Shown in pieces: positions 9,745 through 19,604 of a DNA stretch of 64,000 nucleotides (within the stretch, counting starts at the first letter, position 1; every line of letters begins with the position of its first letter). The notes beneath the pieces are model-generated. The model was given only the letters and a program-made list of their open reading frames with translations, had not been told where the DNA came from and searched no databases. The position numbers and the translations under genes are program-made. The DNA comes from an uncultured Candidatus Poseidoniales archaeon (lineage in GTDB: Archaea; Thermoplasmatota; Poseidoniia; Poseidoniales; Thalassarchaeaceae), in NCBI GenBank assembly GCA_964003245.1, contig CAXFIU010000002.1:7177-71176 (forward strand). Direction: 5' to 3'.

Positions 9745-10847
9745 CTATCAGATATCTGCAATTGCCATAAAAGTTCATCTAACCATAATCCAAGTGTTTT
9801 TCGATTGACAAACTCATGGCTAGCTTGAGCAGAAAGAACGCATTCACATGCTGCTGCTGCAAGAACTACCGCAGAACTCATTGGAAAATTATTTCCAAGA
9901 GCAGCGGCGAGAGCTGTTGCCGCAGCATCATGTAATCCTATTTGTTGAGAAGGAGAGGGAGCAGAACATGGAATAAATTCTATACTTCCATCTGATTCAT
10001 AAAGTGTAACTCCATCAATTCCTCCGAGAACTATCATCGAATCCCAATTATATGTTTTAATCAAACTGAATGCTGCATCCTCGGCACTTTCGAGCATTAA
10101 TCTCCTTCTAAGTAAGTCAAGACCTCTGATCTCAAAAAGAGCAACCGTCGCTCCTCGACTCCTTTCAAGGCCTGTCAATTTAGGATCAACAATCGAAGGA
10201 ATTGAATGCTTTCTAGCACACTCAATAAGCTTTTGAGCGCCTACATCCGTAAGCACTCCTTTATCATAATCTGAAATTACCAATGCACAACTGTCAGGTA
10301 TTGATTCTAATGTCTTCTCAACTAACATATTACTGACTTCTATATCTAATTCATCTAAAGGTTCCCTATCTGCTTGTAATAGTATTTGAGATTTCTGAAG
10401 GAGGCTCTGGCGGCTTCCAAAAAATCTAATTTTAGTTAAAGTTTGACGATTTTTAACTGTCTCTATTCCATCGATTGAGATGCCATCTGAAAGAAATTGA
10501 TTTTTTATGAAATCACCTTCTCTGTCATCCCCCACAGATGAGAATACTGAAACATCAAGACCAAGCGAACTTAGACCTCTAGCAATATGTGCTGCAGCAC
10601 CTGGTGATTCCTCAGATCTTAGGATTTTAAGAACAGGTACTGGAGCTGTGGAAATTAGTCTGTTGGAGTATCCATGATGATATCGATCTAACATTATATC
10701 TCCTATTAGAGTGACTTTGGAAGATTCGATTTTATCCAATAGTTTTCTCAAATCTTTCAATATTTTCTTTCTTTCACTCTGCCCCTCGCTCATGTTATCA
10801 TATCTCCGAAGATGAACACATGAATGATATTTTGCAACCGTCGACAT
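9741..10847 (-). CDS. PfkB-family sugar kinase, RfaE/HldE domain-I-like
   Basis: VTLIGDIMLDRYHHGYSNRLISTAPVPVLKI closely matches the HldE kinase N-terminal motif. The C-terminal region has PfkB signature residues. Confidence 0.55.
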   Translation of the reverse strand: MSTVAKYHSCVHLRRYDNMSEGQSERKKILKDLRKLLDKIESSKVTLIGDIMLDRYHHGYSNRLISTAPVPVLKILRSEESPGAAAHIARGLSSLGLDVSVFSSVGDDREGDFIKNQFLSDGISIDGIETVKNRQTLTKIRFFGSRQSLLQKSQILLQADREPLDELDIEVSNMLVEKTLESIPDSCALVISDYDKGVLTDVGAQKLIECARKHSIPSIVDPKLTGLERSRGATVALFEIRGLDLLRRRLMLESAEDAAFSLIKTYNWDSMIVLGGIDGVTLYESDGSIEFIPCSAPSPSQQIGLHDAAATALAAALGNNFPMSSAVVLAAAACECVLSAQASHEFVNRKTLGLWLDELLWQLQISDR

Positions 10848-10873
10848 GAAAACAAGAAGCCCCTCGTAGACTC

Positions 10874-11884
10874 ATGGAACCATACAATGACTCATGGATT
10901 TATTCGGGTTCCGCTAAAGAAAGATTATGGAATAAATCAGCAATAGGGCAGAAAATAAATGAAAATGACCTATTATTAAGCTCCTCAGAAGTAATTTTTT
11001 GTCATGACCACAGACATTTAGATTGGCCAAGTGACGATTGGTTAAAGGAAGAAACAGGAAAAAATCCAAATTTGATAAACGAATCAATAATTTTGGAAGC
11101 TTTGAGAGTCCCCGGAAATAAAATTATATTGACAAAAAATTACAAAGGGAAAAATGATTTCATTTTCAATAAAGAAACATGGGGTCTAAGATGGAATTCA
11201 AATGATCACCCAAGAGATGGAGAACCAGAATCGGAGGTTAGATGGTTTCATTCATCAGAATATATTGAAATGAATGAATTATTAGCATGGGCAATTGACG
11301 CAAGGTCTAGGAATCGTATAGCAGAAGTATTGATTGTTGATAATGAACAAGCAGTTGTTACTTACAACATTACTTCAGAAAATCCAATAGGAGAAATATT
11401 ACCACCCAATGATAAAGACAGAACAGTCGTTTCAAAACTTAAAAAAATAAAAATTGAAAAAGGAAATTTATATTTAGGGTACAAAAAATGGCCTTTGGAA
11501 CAACTTGGTATTGACTATCAAGAAGGGAGAATAATTGACGAGATTACAGAAGAATACATTTCAAAAGATGAAAAAGACTTTTCTGAATCTACGGAAGTGT
11601 TTTCAGATTTATTGAAGAGGGGTCTACACCCAAGACCTGGCTTTAAATATGGAACAGAATGGAGATGTTATGATAAAAAAATAGGTATCGATCACGCTCC
11701 GTGGTTGGTCGTAAATCCTTCGAATAAAATAATGACATGGGAGAGCGCTTGTTTAGCATCAAGATTAGCAGCCGGAGTAAATAAAACATGGCTTCAACCT
11801 TTGAAAATAAACGGCATGTGGAAATATCTTGGGATAATTAGGCCACCTGCAAATTCAAGATGGACTAATCCAATTAAAAAATAA
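10874..11884 (+). CDS. endA: tRNA-splicing endonuclease (long, duplicated-domain form)
   Basis: C-terminal catalytic motif LLKRGLHPRPGFKYGTEWRCYDKKIGIDHAPWLVV matches EndA (RGY-VK-GFKFGADFRVY...H--YLV). The 336-aa size fits the fused alpha2-type enzyme. Confidence 0.55.
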   Translation: MEPYNDSWIYSGSAKERLWNKSAIGQKINENDLLLSSSEVIFCHDHRHLDWPSDDWLKEETGKNPNLINESIILEALRVPGNKIILTKNYKGKNDFIFNKETWGLRWNSNDHPRDGEPESEVRWFHSSEYIEMNELLAWAIDARSRNRIAEVLIVDNEQAVVTYNITSENPIGEILPPNDKDRTVVSKLKKIKIEKGNLYLGYKKWPLEQLGIDYQEGRIIDEITEEYISKDEKDFSESTEVFSDLLKRGLHPRPGFKYGTEWRCYDKKIGIDHAPWLVVNPSNKIMTWESACLASRLAAGVNKTWLQPLKINGMWKYLGIIRPPANSRWTNPIKK

Positions 11885-11888
11885 ATTT

Positions 11889-13886
11889 TCATTCGGATTC
11901 TTCATCAGAAGCTAGATTTTTATTATGATTAGATCCACCTGTTAATATTGATAAGGCGAGAAGAATGCTAACCATAAACAAGCCATTTCCGGGTTCTGCA
12001 AACCATGAAAAGATTGCATTACTATTGAACGTTGACTTCGCCTCAAGAATTATTGGAATTCTTAGTTCTATCCCAAAATTATCTACGAAAACTAATTCAC
12101 CTCTAGCTATCATCCCTGGAACTAATAACCCTTCGGGATTGACATGAACATCTATAGTGTCTCCAGGACTAATAGTTACACTGGACTCCAAACTTGCTAT
12201 TCTAGAAGCAGCCCCTTGTATCTCTAAATTATAGAATCTTGATTCTTCGCCTTCGAAATCCAGTTCGATGGGAAATGTGTTTTCCTTATCTGAATCTACT
12301 AATAAGAAAAAATCCTCTGAGATAATTCGATTACCAGCCTTATGCCATTTTAATTCTACTTCTCTCAGATTAGAATCACAGCCCAATATACCAATGATGT
12401 TGCCAGAGGAAGGGAAATTATCATCTATAGTCATTATCGGAACTATTGAAACACCCACAGGTAATTTTTCTATTGTTTGGTTAATATAATTCCCACTGTG
12501 CGTCATAATATCAATTGAAAAATTACAAGTTATTGCTGTATCAACTTCGACGAAAATAGATTCCCCATTCAGTAATTCTACAGGGCTTCGAGGCGTCAAA
12601 ACATCGAATACATTTGTTTCTACGACTGGCGAAATAGATATTAGATAATCTCCACCTTCGATAGATTCAACGGATGCAAACCAACTTACTAAACGGCCTC
12701 GATTATCAAAAATCAACATACCATCAGAAGGATTAGTATTTCCAAATATTGTGCCATGAGTGAAAACATCACCAGCACTTCCTGAATCTTTATTTCTAAC
12801 TAGAGCATCATCTCCATCTGCTTCAATTATTTTCAACCAAGCATTTTTTGAATCCGTGTTTACAAGATTACTGCTAGTATCTCCATTATTGATATCTTGG
12901 TACTCAACTAATATTCCATGACCAGGGAGTGAAGCATCAAATCCAAAATTACCTCGATTTGTGATTTTAATAAATTCCCCTGGCCCCGTCTCAATAGAAA
13001 GATAATTGCCACCATTAGAAATTGGGCTCAAAGTGAAATTACCACCAACGTTAGGATCTACAACTATACCTCTTTCTATACCAATTAACTCTAATGTTGA
13101 AGATGAAGGTAACGCAGGAAAATTGCCATTACCATTCCAATTTCCACTAGCCATAATTCCCCATTCACCAATTCCATTCCAATTACTTGTTGGAAGATTA
13201 CTGTGAACATCATACAAATCATATGCGCCCATTTGATGAAGCATCTCATGAACGACAGTCCCAACCCCTGACTTAGTTGAGGCGATAGTATAATGATTAA
13301 TTGACCATTCATTGAGAATAATTGGGTTGTCCAAGCCTGACATATGACTCCAAATCGAACTAGTGCCACCTCCGAGTTCTTGTGGATTTGCAGAATGAAG
13401 TATTAGTAACCGATCTATGATTCCATTTTTATCGAAATCCCAAGGAGATAGGTCCAAATCAGATAGAGTCTCTTTAACTGCATTTTCTACGAGATTATCT
13501 ACTCCGACACCATCAGTTCCTGAGTCTCTTTCTTCACTATCTTGACCCCAGAAATCGATATTATGACTAGAAACCCAAATCTCATCTAGAATTGTCGTAT
13601 TGAGAGTGGACTGCCCCGAACTAATCTGATTGATATAATCTCTAGCCGAGTTCTCGGAGTTAAGAATAATCTCAGCCCTATCAGAATTGAAAACATCTCC
13701 TTGGAAAGATACAGGAATAACTAGCCAGTTTTCATTTTCTTGGAGACCTACTAAGATTTCTTCATCATCTTCGCTGATATTATTGACCTTATCATCCAAC
13801 CAATCATCAATAACTTCGGAATAAATATTTGCCAATAAGCCAAAAGAAACTATCGCGAGAGAAAGGATTCCTCGCGTCTTGTTCAT
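11889..13886 (-). CDS. Secreted zinc metalloprotease (HExxH) with C-terminal membrane anchor
   Basis: N-terminal signal peptide. Zinc motif VHEMLHQMGAYDLYD (HExxH plus downstream D/E, M6/InhA-like). C-terminal TM followed by an acidic tail. Confidence 0.5.
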   Translation of the reverse strand: MNKTRGILSLAIVSFGLLANIYSEVIDDWLDDKVNNISEDDEEILVGLQENENWLVIPVSFQGDVFNSDRAEIILNSENSARDYINQISSGQSTLNTTILDEIWVSSHNIDFWGQDSEERDSGTDGVGVDNLVENAVKETLSDLDLSPWDFDKNGIIDRLLILHSANPQELGGGTSSIWSHMSGLDNPIILNEWSINHYTIASTKSGVGTVVHEMLHQMGAYDLYDVHSNLPTSNWNGIGEWGIMASGNWNGNGNFPALPSSSTLELIGIERGIVVDPNVGGNFTLSPISNGGNYLSIETGPGEFIKITNRGNFGFDASLPGHGILVEYQDINNGDTSSNLVNTDSKNAWLKIIEADGDDALVRNKDSGSAGDVFTHGTIFGNTNPSDGMLIFDNRGRLVSWFASVESIEGGDYLISISPVVETNVFDVLTPRSPVELLNGESIFVEVDTAITCNFSIDIMTHSGNYINQTIEKLPVGVSIVPIMTIDDNFPSSGNIIGILGCDSNLREVELKWHKAGNRIISEDFFLLVDSDKENTFPIELDFEGEESRFYNLEIQGAASRIASLESSVTISPGDTIDVHVNPEGLLVPGMIARGELVFVDNFGIELRIPIILEAKSTFNSNAIFSWFAEPGNGLFMVSILLALSILTGGSNHNKNLASDEESE

Positions 13887-13935
13887 ACATGTCGCTAAAC
13901 TAACTATGATTTGAATACGATGTTGAATTGTTCAA

Positions 13936-14670
13936 TTATTTTTCAAAAATAGGAGTGAGACGAGAAATCGAATCGGCAAAGAAAACTGTCAAAAGAGAAA
14001 TAATTATTCTTAATCCATCGTATGTCTTTGGAAGCGATAATAAGACTAAAGAAAAAGATATCAATAGTATACGAATCCTGATTCTAGATTCGTTATCTAC
14101 AACCATACCAAAAAATCTAGACATTGAAAGTACTAATGTAGTTAGAACCCCAATGACGAGAACCCATGAAAAGCCAATTCCTAAGCTAATTATTGAAACC
14201 GCATCATACCTAGCAGAAACTATATTCTCTCCGCCTTCAACCATACTATTTTCATCAAAATAATTTATTAGGAAAGGAATTACGAAAAACCATATTAGGT
14301 ATAATATTACAGGGATAATGACGCCACTAAAAAATAGAGAAAATGTGAACCATTTCTTCTCCCTGGGATATAATCCGGGTAATGCAAAACTTCTAATTTT
14401 CAATGTAGTATAAGGTAATATCATTGCAATTGAGAAGATTAGTAATAATGCCCACTTAGTATCAATCCAGTCATATGGACTATACACAGAGAATGAATAT
14501 TCCTCAGCCTCTAAAGAAAGGCCTTCTAACCAATTAGTCAAAATATCATCGATTAAAAATGAAAGAAAGAAAGAAATTATTACTACTCCAAAAGCACTGA
14601 CTCGAATTATTTTATATAACTCAGAAAAATGTTCTGAGAAAGCCATTTTTTCATTAGAATAAGGTTGCAT
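13936..14670 (-). CDS. tatC: Twin-arginine translocase subunit TatC
   Basis: Six TM segments. N-terminal HFSELYKIIRV matches the TatC HL-ELR-RL motif, and PGLYPREKK matches TatC PALYKHERR. The start is probably Met at index 9 (~14646). Confidence 0.65.
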   Translation of the reverse strand: MQPYSNEKMAFSEHFSELYKIIRVSAFGVVIISFFLSFLIDDILTNWLEGLSLEAEEYSFSVYSPYDWIDTKWALLLIFSIAMILPYTTLKIRSFALPGLYPREKKWFTFSLFFSGVIIPVILYLIWFFVIPFLINYFDENSMVEGGENIVSARYDAVSIISLGIGFSWVLVIGVLTTLVLSMSRFFGMVVDNESRIRIRILLISFSLVLLSLPKTYDGLRIIISLLTVFFADSISRLTPIFEK

Positions 14671-14671
14671 T

Positions 14672-15736
14672 TCAAAGTATATCCTTGACTTTAGGTTTGG
14701 CTCTTGCAGCTAATATTGTTCGGTAAAAGCAGTAAGCAAACCATCCACTAAGTAAGAATGTAAATCCAATTACAAAACTAGTAAGATCGGTTACATTTTG
14801 TGCCTCAGGATCTAGAACTGCTCTAGGAGGGAATTCTAGTACTGCATCTTCGGCTAGCCACCTAACTGCAATGACAAATGATACTAGGCTGAAGAATAAC
14901 TGTCTCAATGCTTGCGGATAAGCTAATTCTGCGGCTAAGTGATCAGGGCCATCATCATATTTTCTTTCTAATATCTCCCTTTGGACAAGCGCACCGATAA
15001 TTAATGCTGTTAGACTGAACCAATAGAACATACTACCTTGTTCATAAATCTTCATAGAAAGCGCTTCTTGTCTCTTAGCTTCTTTTTCAGCATCTGTTTC
15101 TTCAATAAGGAATAATGAATCATAATCTCCAACTGAAATTGTTCTTGTAGACAATGTTGCGTCATCTTCACCTTCTTCTATAGTTCCAGGTGGACTGATT
15201 GAGAATGCTAATAAATTCCAGTAATCTTCAGTATCCGGTATACCTCCACCATCTACTGAGTTTCCTGCTAGCCAGAAATTTACAGTTCCACTATCATTGG
15301 AAGGTGCAGTCCAAGTTACTATCCAGACACCGTCTGAATCTGTCTCGCTGTGAGAAATATCTGCCTCAGTATCAGCTGCAATGCGGATATCTTGATCATC
15401 GTTCCATGAAAAAATGCCAATGGAATCTGATGATAATAAAAATCCAGCCTTGGAATTACCATCACCTCCTGAAAGTGTCAAAGAATCTGCAACTTTGATG
15501 GTAAACTCATAGCTTTCACCTAATTCATACATAATTGGGACACTAGTAATCATCACAACGGCTCTCTCAGAGACCGCTCCATTATTGTGACAAGAGCAAC
15601 CATATTTCACAGTTGGATCGCCGTCTTGATTTAGGTATGGAGGCCCTCCACTGTTCCCTAAAGCAGGAATTGCAGCCATACCTATAATCAAAAGAACGAC
15701 TAAGGCTTTCGAGTTGATGCTCGTCATGCAGTACAC
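14672..15736 (-). CDS. Secreted CxCH-motif protein with C-terminal TM segments (paralog of 60458..61270)
   Basis: Signal peptide. Motifs GCSCHNNG and VNFWLAGNSVDGGG are shared with ORF 60458 (GCTCHAEE, VNFWIAGNTVNGD). An acidic linker and two C-terminal TM helices follow. Confidence 0.45.
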   Translation of the reverse strand: MYCMTSINSKALVVLLIIGMAAIPALGNSGGPPYLNQDGDPTVKYGCSCHNNGAVSERAVVMITSVPIMYELGESYEFTIKVADSLTLSGGDGNSKAGFLLSSDSIGIFSWNDDQDIRIAADTEADISHSETDSDGVWIVTWTAPSNDSGTVNFWLAGNSVDGGGIPDTEDYWNLLAFSISPPGTIEEGEDDATLSTRTISVGDYDSLFLIEETDAEKEAKRQEALSMKIYEQGSMFYWFSLTALIIGALVQREILERKYDDGPDHLAAELAYPQALRQLFFSLVSFVIAVRWLAEDAVLEFPPRAVLDPEAQNVTDLTSFVIGFTFLLSGWFAYCFYRTILAARAKPKVKDIL

Positions 15737-15801
15737 CTATGTTATTTCGAGTGTTGACTACCACATAACCGTTGCTTCACAATGACTGTTGAATTAATTG
15801 A

Positions 15802-17226
15802 TTATAACTCCTTAATTGCGCTGTTCAACTCATTCATCATCTTCTTCCCATCGCCAAATAACATCATAGTTTTATCTTCATAGAAAAGATCATTGTCTAC
15901 TCCAGCGTAACCGACTGAAAGACTCCTCTTGATAATGACAACTGTCCTTGCTTTATCGGCGTCAATAATTGGCATTCCCGCCAAAGGACCTTCTCCACTC
16001 CTAGCAGCAGGATTACAAGTATCATTTGCACCAATGACAACTGCCATATCACATTCAGGAAATTCAGGATTTATTTCTTCCATCTCAATAAGTTGGTCAT
16101 ATGGCACATTTGCCTCTGCAAGAAGGACATTCATGTGACCAGGCATACGGCCTGCAACAGGATGAATTGCATACTTAACCTCAGTTTGGAATCTGTCTTG
16201 GAGAATATCTGCAAATTCTTTGACTTGGTGTTGACACTGGCTAACAGCCATCCCATAACCTGGGACGATTATCACTTTCTGAGCACCGTCAACCATCATT
16301 GCAACTTCTTCTGCATCGGATCCTACCTTTGTTCTAGTAAGTGTTTCTTTTTCAGAACCACCAAATGATTTGAAAAGAACGTCAGGTAATGTTCTATTCA
16401 TGGCTTTACACATGATAAAAGTCAGTATCAATCCTGATGCACCGACTAATGAACCTGCTACAATAAGTACACTGTTTCCAATAATAAAGCCAGTAAATGC
16501 AGCTGCTATTCCAGAAAAGGAGTTCAGTAAAGAGACAACTACGGGCATATCTGCTCCACCAATTGGCAAAACAATAATTACACCTAAAATACTAGATATT
16601 ATTATAATTGCAAATAATATTTGTTGATCACGAGGATCGGAAATACTGAGATAAATTAATGCTATAACAGAAAATACCAACAAGACCTTGACATAATTTA
16701 GCCATGATGGCCCCCAAGTTGGTGTCCTAAACCATTTACCAAATATTTCTATTCCTCCCTTAAGTTTGAACATTGCTAGAATCGAACCCGTAAGAGTCAT
16801 CCAACCTACTAAAGCAGAGAGACCTGCTGCGACCATCAAAACTTCTAATTCTAATCCAGAAGGCAATAATAAGTCATCATTTTCTATGTATTTCCATGAT
16901 TCAGAGAGTGCGACCAATGCAGATGCTGCACCTCCAAATCCATTGAATAATGCTACTAACTCTGGCATACCTGTCATTTCAACTTTAACTGCCATAATGT
17001 AACCTATTACAGAACCCACTATTATACCAGAAATGATAAGAGTCCATTGTGCACCACCTTCAAGATGCATATCGGCTACAGTGGTTAAAACTGCGACAAG
17101 CATTCCCATTGCACCTAATTGGTTACCTGCTGGCGCAGTTCTCGGATGACCTAATTTTTTGAGACCAAGAATAAATAACGACGCAGATATCAAATAACCA
17201 ATTGAGATCCATTCACTAAAAATCAT
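15802..17226 (-). CDS. pntB: NAD(P) transhydrogenase subunit beta
   Basis: Polytopic N-terminal half. C-terminal NADP(H)-binding domain with GYGMAVSQCQH...MPGHMNVLLAEANVPYD. Confidence 0.85.
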   Translation of the reverse strand: MIFSEWISIGYLISASLFILGLKKLGHPRTAPAGNQLGAMGMLVAVLTTVADMHLEGGAQWTLIISGIIVGSVIGYIMAVKVEMTGMPELVALFNGFGGAASALVALSESWKYIENDDLLLPSGLELEVLMVAAGLSALVGWMTLTGSILAMFKLKGGIEIFGKWFRTPTWGPSWLNYVKVLLVFSVIALIYLSISDPRDQQILFAIIIISSILGVIIVLPIGGADMPVVVSLLNSFSGIAAAFTGFIIGNSVLIVAGSLVGASGLILTFIMCKAMNRTLPDVLFKSFGGSEKETLTRTKVGSDAEEVAMMVDGAQKVIIVPGYGMAVSQCQHQVKEFADILQDRFQTEVKYAIHPVAGRMPGHMNVLLAEANVPYDQLIEMEEINPEFPECDMAVVIGANDTCNPAARSGEGPLAGMPIIDADKARTVVIIKRSLSVGYAGVDNDLFYEDKTMMLFGDGKKMMNELNSAIKEL

Positions 17227-17228
17227 AA

Positions 17229-17543
17229 TTAGTCCTCCTTTCTCTTATTTTTACCGGCAATCATATTCAACATTCGGTTAGTTACAGCAAAACCACCTAT
17301 TACGTTGATCATTGCTAAAACTATAGCTATAAACGCCAAAAGTCCAGAAACCAAAGTTTCTCCGCCATCATAGGCAACATTTGCACCTATTAGGGCACCT
17401 ACAACACTGATTCCAGAGATTGCATTGGCTCCACTCATTAAAGGAGTATGAAGCATTGCTGGAACCTTGGTTATTAATTCGAAACCAAGGAATATTGAAA
17501 GAACGAATAGTGTAATTGACCCAATAAGTAATTCAGGAGTCAT
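17229..17543 (-). CDS. pntAB: NAD(P) transhydrogenase subunit alpha part 2 (membrane)
   Basis: 104-aa hydrophobic protein translationally coupled between pntAA and pntB. Confidence 0.75.
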   Translation of the reverse strand: MTPELLIGSITLFVLSIFLGFELITKVPAMLHTPLMSGANAISGISVVGALIGANVAYDGGETLVSGLLAFIAIVLAMINVIGGFAVTNRMLNMIAGKNKRKED

Positions 17544-18703
17544 CAGAGTACACCTCCTAATCGAGTTTGATTTTCATGTATTTTTCCATCCTTACAAATC
17601 AAAACTCCACCCATGCCTGGGACATGGAAATCAGAACCCTCGGGTGAACCAAATAATATATCATCATCATCTGAAATTATTAATTCTCCTTCACTAATTA
17701 TGGAACTAATAAAAGTTGTAAGATTGTTGGAAAAAAGCATGCTTGCAGTATTTGCAAGAGTACCAGGGAGGTTAGATGTTCCAACAATTATTACTCCGTT
17801 CTCAGTAGTATAAACTTCTCCAGGTTTTGTCAATTCACAATTGCCGCCAACATCAGCATTCATATCCACAATCACTGCCCCAGATTTGAAGGAAGAAACA
17901 GCTGTAGCAGGAATTGTAATTGGAGCAGGGCGTCCAAAAATTCTGGCAGTGGTCACGATAATATCCGATTCAGAAGCAACCTCACAAACTGTATCATTCA
18001 CTTTCTTTATAAATTCTGGAGTCAAAGGTTTAGCATAACCGGATTCATCCTCAAAATCATCCATACCTTCAACCTCAATAAAACGTCCTCCAACTGATTC
18101 TATTTGCTCTGCTGCAGATTTTCTAACATCGGAAGCATAAACAATTGCTCCTAGCCTCTTAGCAGTAGCGATGGCCTGAAGTCCTGCTACTCCACTCCCC
18201 ATTATTACAACTTTAGCAGGTTTTACAGTTCCAGCAGAGGTTGTCATCATTGGAATACCACGAGAAACATAAGATGCACCTAATAGTACAGCCTTGTAAC
18301 CCGCTAAGTTATCTTGACTTGAATTTACGTCCATCGATTGAGCCCGAGATAATCTTCTAGGAATCATATCCATTGAGAAAAGAGTCACGTTGGAATCAAT
18401 ACAAGATTTAATTTTCTCAGGATGACGGAACGGATCAGCGACGCAAACAAGATTCATTCCATCTCTTAATTCAGAAGATTCTAACATTCTAATTGACATA
18501 ATGATTTCACAAGAAAGTGCTTCATCTCTCGAACAGATATTCGCACCGGCATCAGAGTAATCAGAATCAGAATAATTTGATTTTTTACCTGCATTTTTCT
18601 CAACAAAAACTTCCAAACCTTTTTTCATTAATTTTTTCACAGAATTGGGTACAATAGCAACTCTATTTTCACCATCTGGCTCTGTCAAAACTCCTAACCT
18701 CAT
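17543..18703 (-). CDS. pntAA: NAD(P) transhydrogenase subunit alpha part 1 (NAD(H)-binding, AlaDH-like)
   Basis: AlaDH/PNT fold with Rossmann motif VVIMGSGVAGLQA. Its stop overlaps the pntAB start. Confidence 0.8.
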   Translation of the reverse strand: MRLGVLTEPDGENRVAIVPNSVKKLMKKGLEVFVEKNAGKKSNYSDSDYSDAGANICSRDEALSCEIIMSIRMLESSELRDGMNLVCVADPFRHPEKIKSCIDSNVTLFSMDMIPRRLSRAQSMDVNSSQDNLAGYKAVLLGASYVSRGIPMMTTSAGTVKPAKVVIMGSGVAGLQAIATAKRLGAIVYASDVRKSAAEQIESVGGRFIEVEGMDDFEDESGYAKPLTPEFIKKVNDTVCEVASESDIIVTTARIFGRPAPITIPATAVSSFKSGAVIVDMNADVGGNCELTKPGEVYTTENGVIIVGTSNLPGTLANTASMLFSNNLTTFISSIISEGELIISDDDDILFGSPEGSDFHVPGMGGVLICKDGKIHENQTRLGGVL

Positions 18704-18820
18704 AATACCACATCTACAAAATCAAGCCTAGGCTCATTGTTGCTGAACACAGCGAACGTAATCAGATTATTGAATGAAACGGGTTGCTGTCTTCAAAAAA
18801 TGTTTCATTGGAAAGATTCT

Positions 18821-19564
18821 TTAGAATAATATTGTATATCCAATACCGAATACTGCTATGTCGCAAATTGCATGTGAAAGCCAACATACCCAAATAGAAC
18901 GATATTTAAGATAAAGCCAAGACCAAATTGCTGCGGCGGATAAAAGACCGAAACAGGCGATTATTGTTTGCCACCAGATAAAACCGAACAAATGCAATGC
19001 TATTGCATGATGAAGAGTGAACATTGCTGCAGAAAAAATTATTCCGATTGAATTACTACCAAATAATTCAGCAGACTTTGTTGTGATGAACCATCTGAAA
19101 ACATATTCTTCAAGTAAGCTGTTAATAAATATCCAATAAATCATTCCAACAATGTATAAATTTAAGTTATCTAGGCCCTTAGATTGTAAAATTTCTACCA
19201 TCTCTAATATGTCCAATGTTTCATCGAATAAAAACCAAGTAATCATTATTATTAATGACATCGAAAGTCCCGTTATTAGGCCGAAAGTAATCCCCTCTTT
19301 AGTAGGGAAATTTTTTGAAATAGAACCCTCTTCTATCCTAAGATACCAAAATGTAGGGACTAAGAAAATCCATATTTTACACAAGGCGAAGAATATTTGT
19401 GAATAAAATTCATTTTCAATAATTTCAATGCCGAATATTACCGAAGCAGAAGGAATAAGTCCTACTAATAATATTGGAATAAGAGGTTTATTTTTCAACT
19501 CTACTTTCGAGATGGTGTTTTGAGTTGACATTGTTCCCTCTACCTTAATTGATGTAATGAACAT
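18821..19564 (-). CDS. CPBP (CAAX protease/Abi) family intramembrane metalloprotease
   Basis: EEYVFRWF and FTLHHAIALH motifs, typical of CPBP catalytic EExxxR and HxxxH, in a polytopic protein. Confidence 0.5.
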   Translation of the reverse strand: MFITSIKVEGTMSTQNTISKVELKNKPLIPILLVGLIPSASVIFGIEIIENEFYSQIFFALCKIWIFLVPTFWYLRIEEGSISKNFPTKEGITFGLITGLSMSLIIMITWFLFDETLDILEMVEILQSKGLDNLNLYIVGMIYWIFINSLLEEYVFRWFITTKSAELFGSNSIGIIFSAAMFTLHHAIALHLFGFIWWQTIIACFGLLSAAAIWSWLYLKYRSIWVCWLSHAICDIAVFGIGYTILF

Positions 19565-19604
19565 TCGCCCTGCAATTGAGTCTAACGTTCACTAAAGGCT
19601 AAGG

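Noticed and set aside
13928-14263. 111-aa plus-strand ORF
   Set aside because: Fully antisense to the tatC gene, which has clear family motifs. Low-complexity Ile/Lys translation typical of AT-rich antisense frames.
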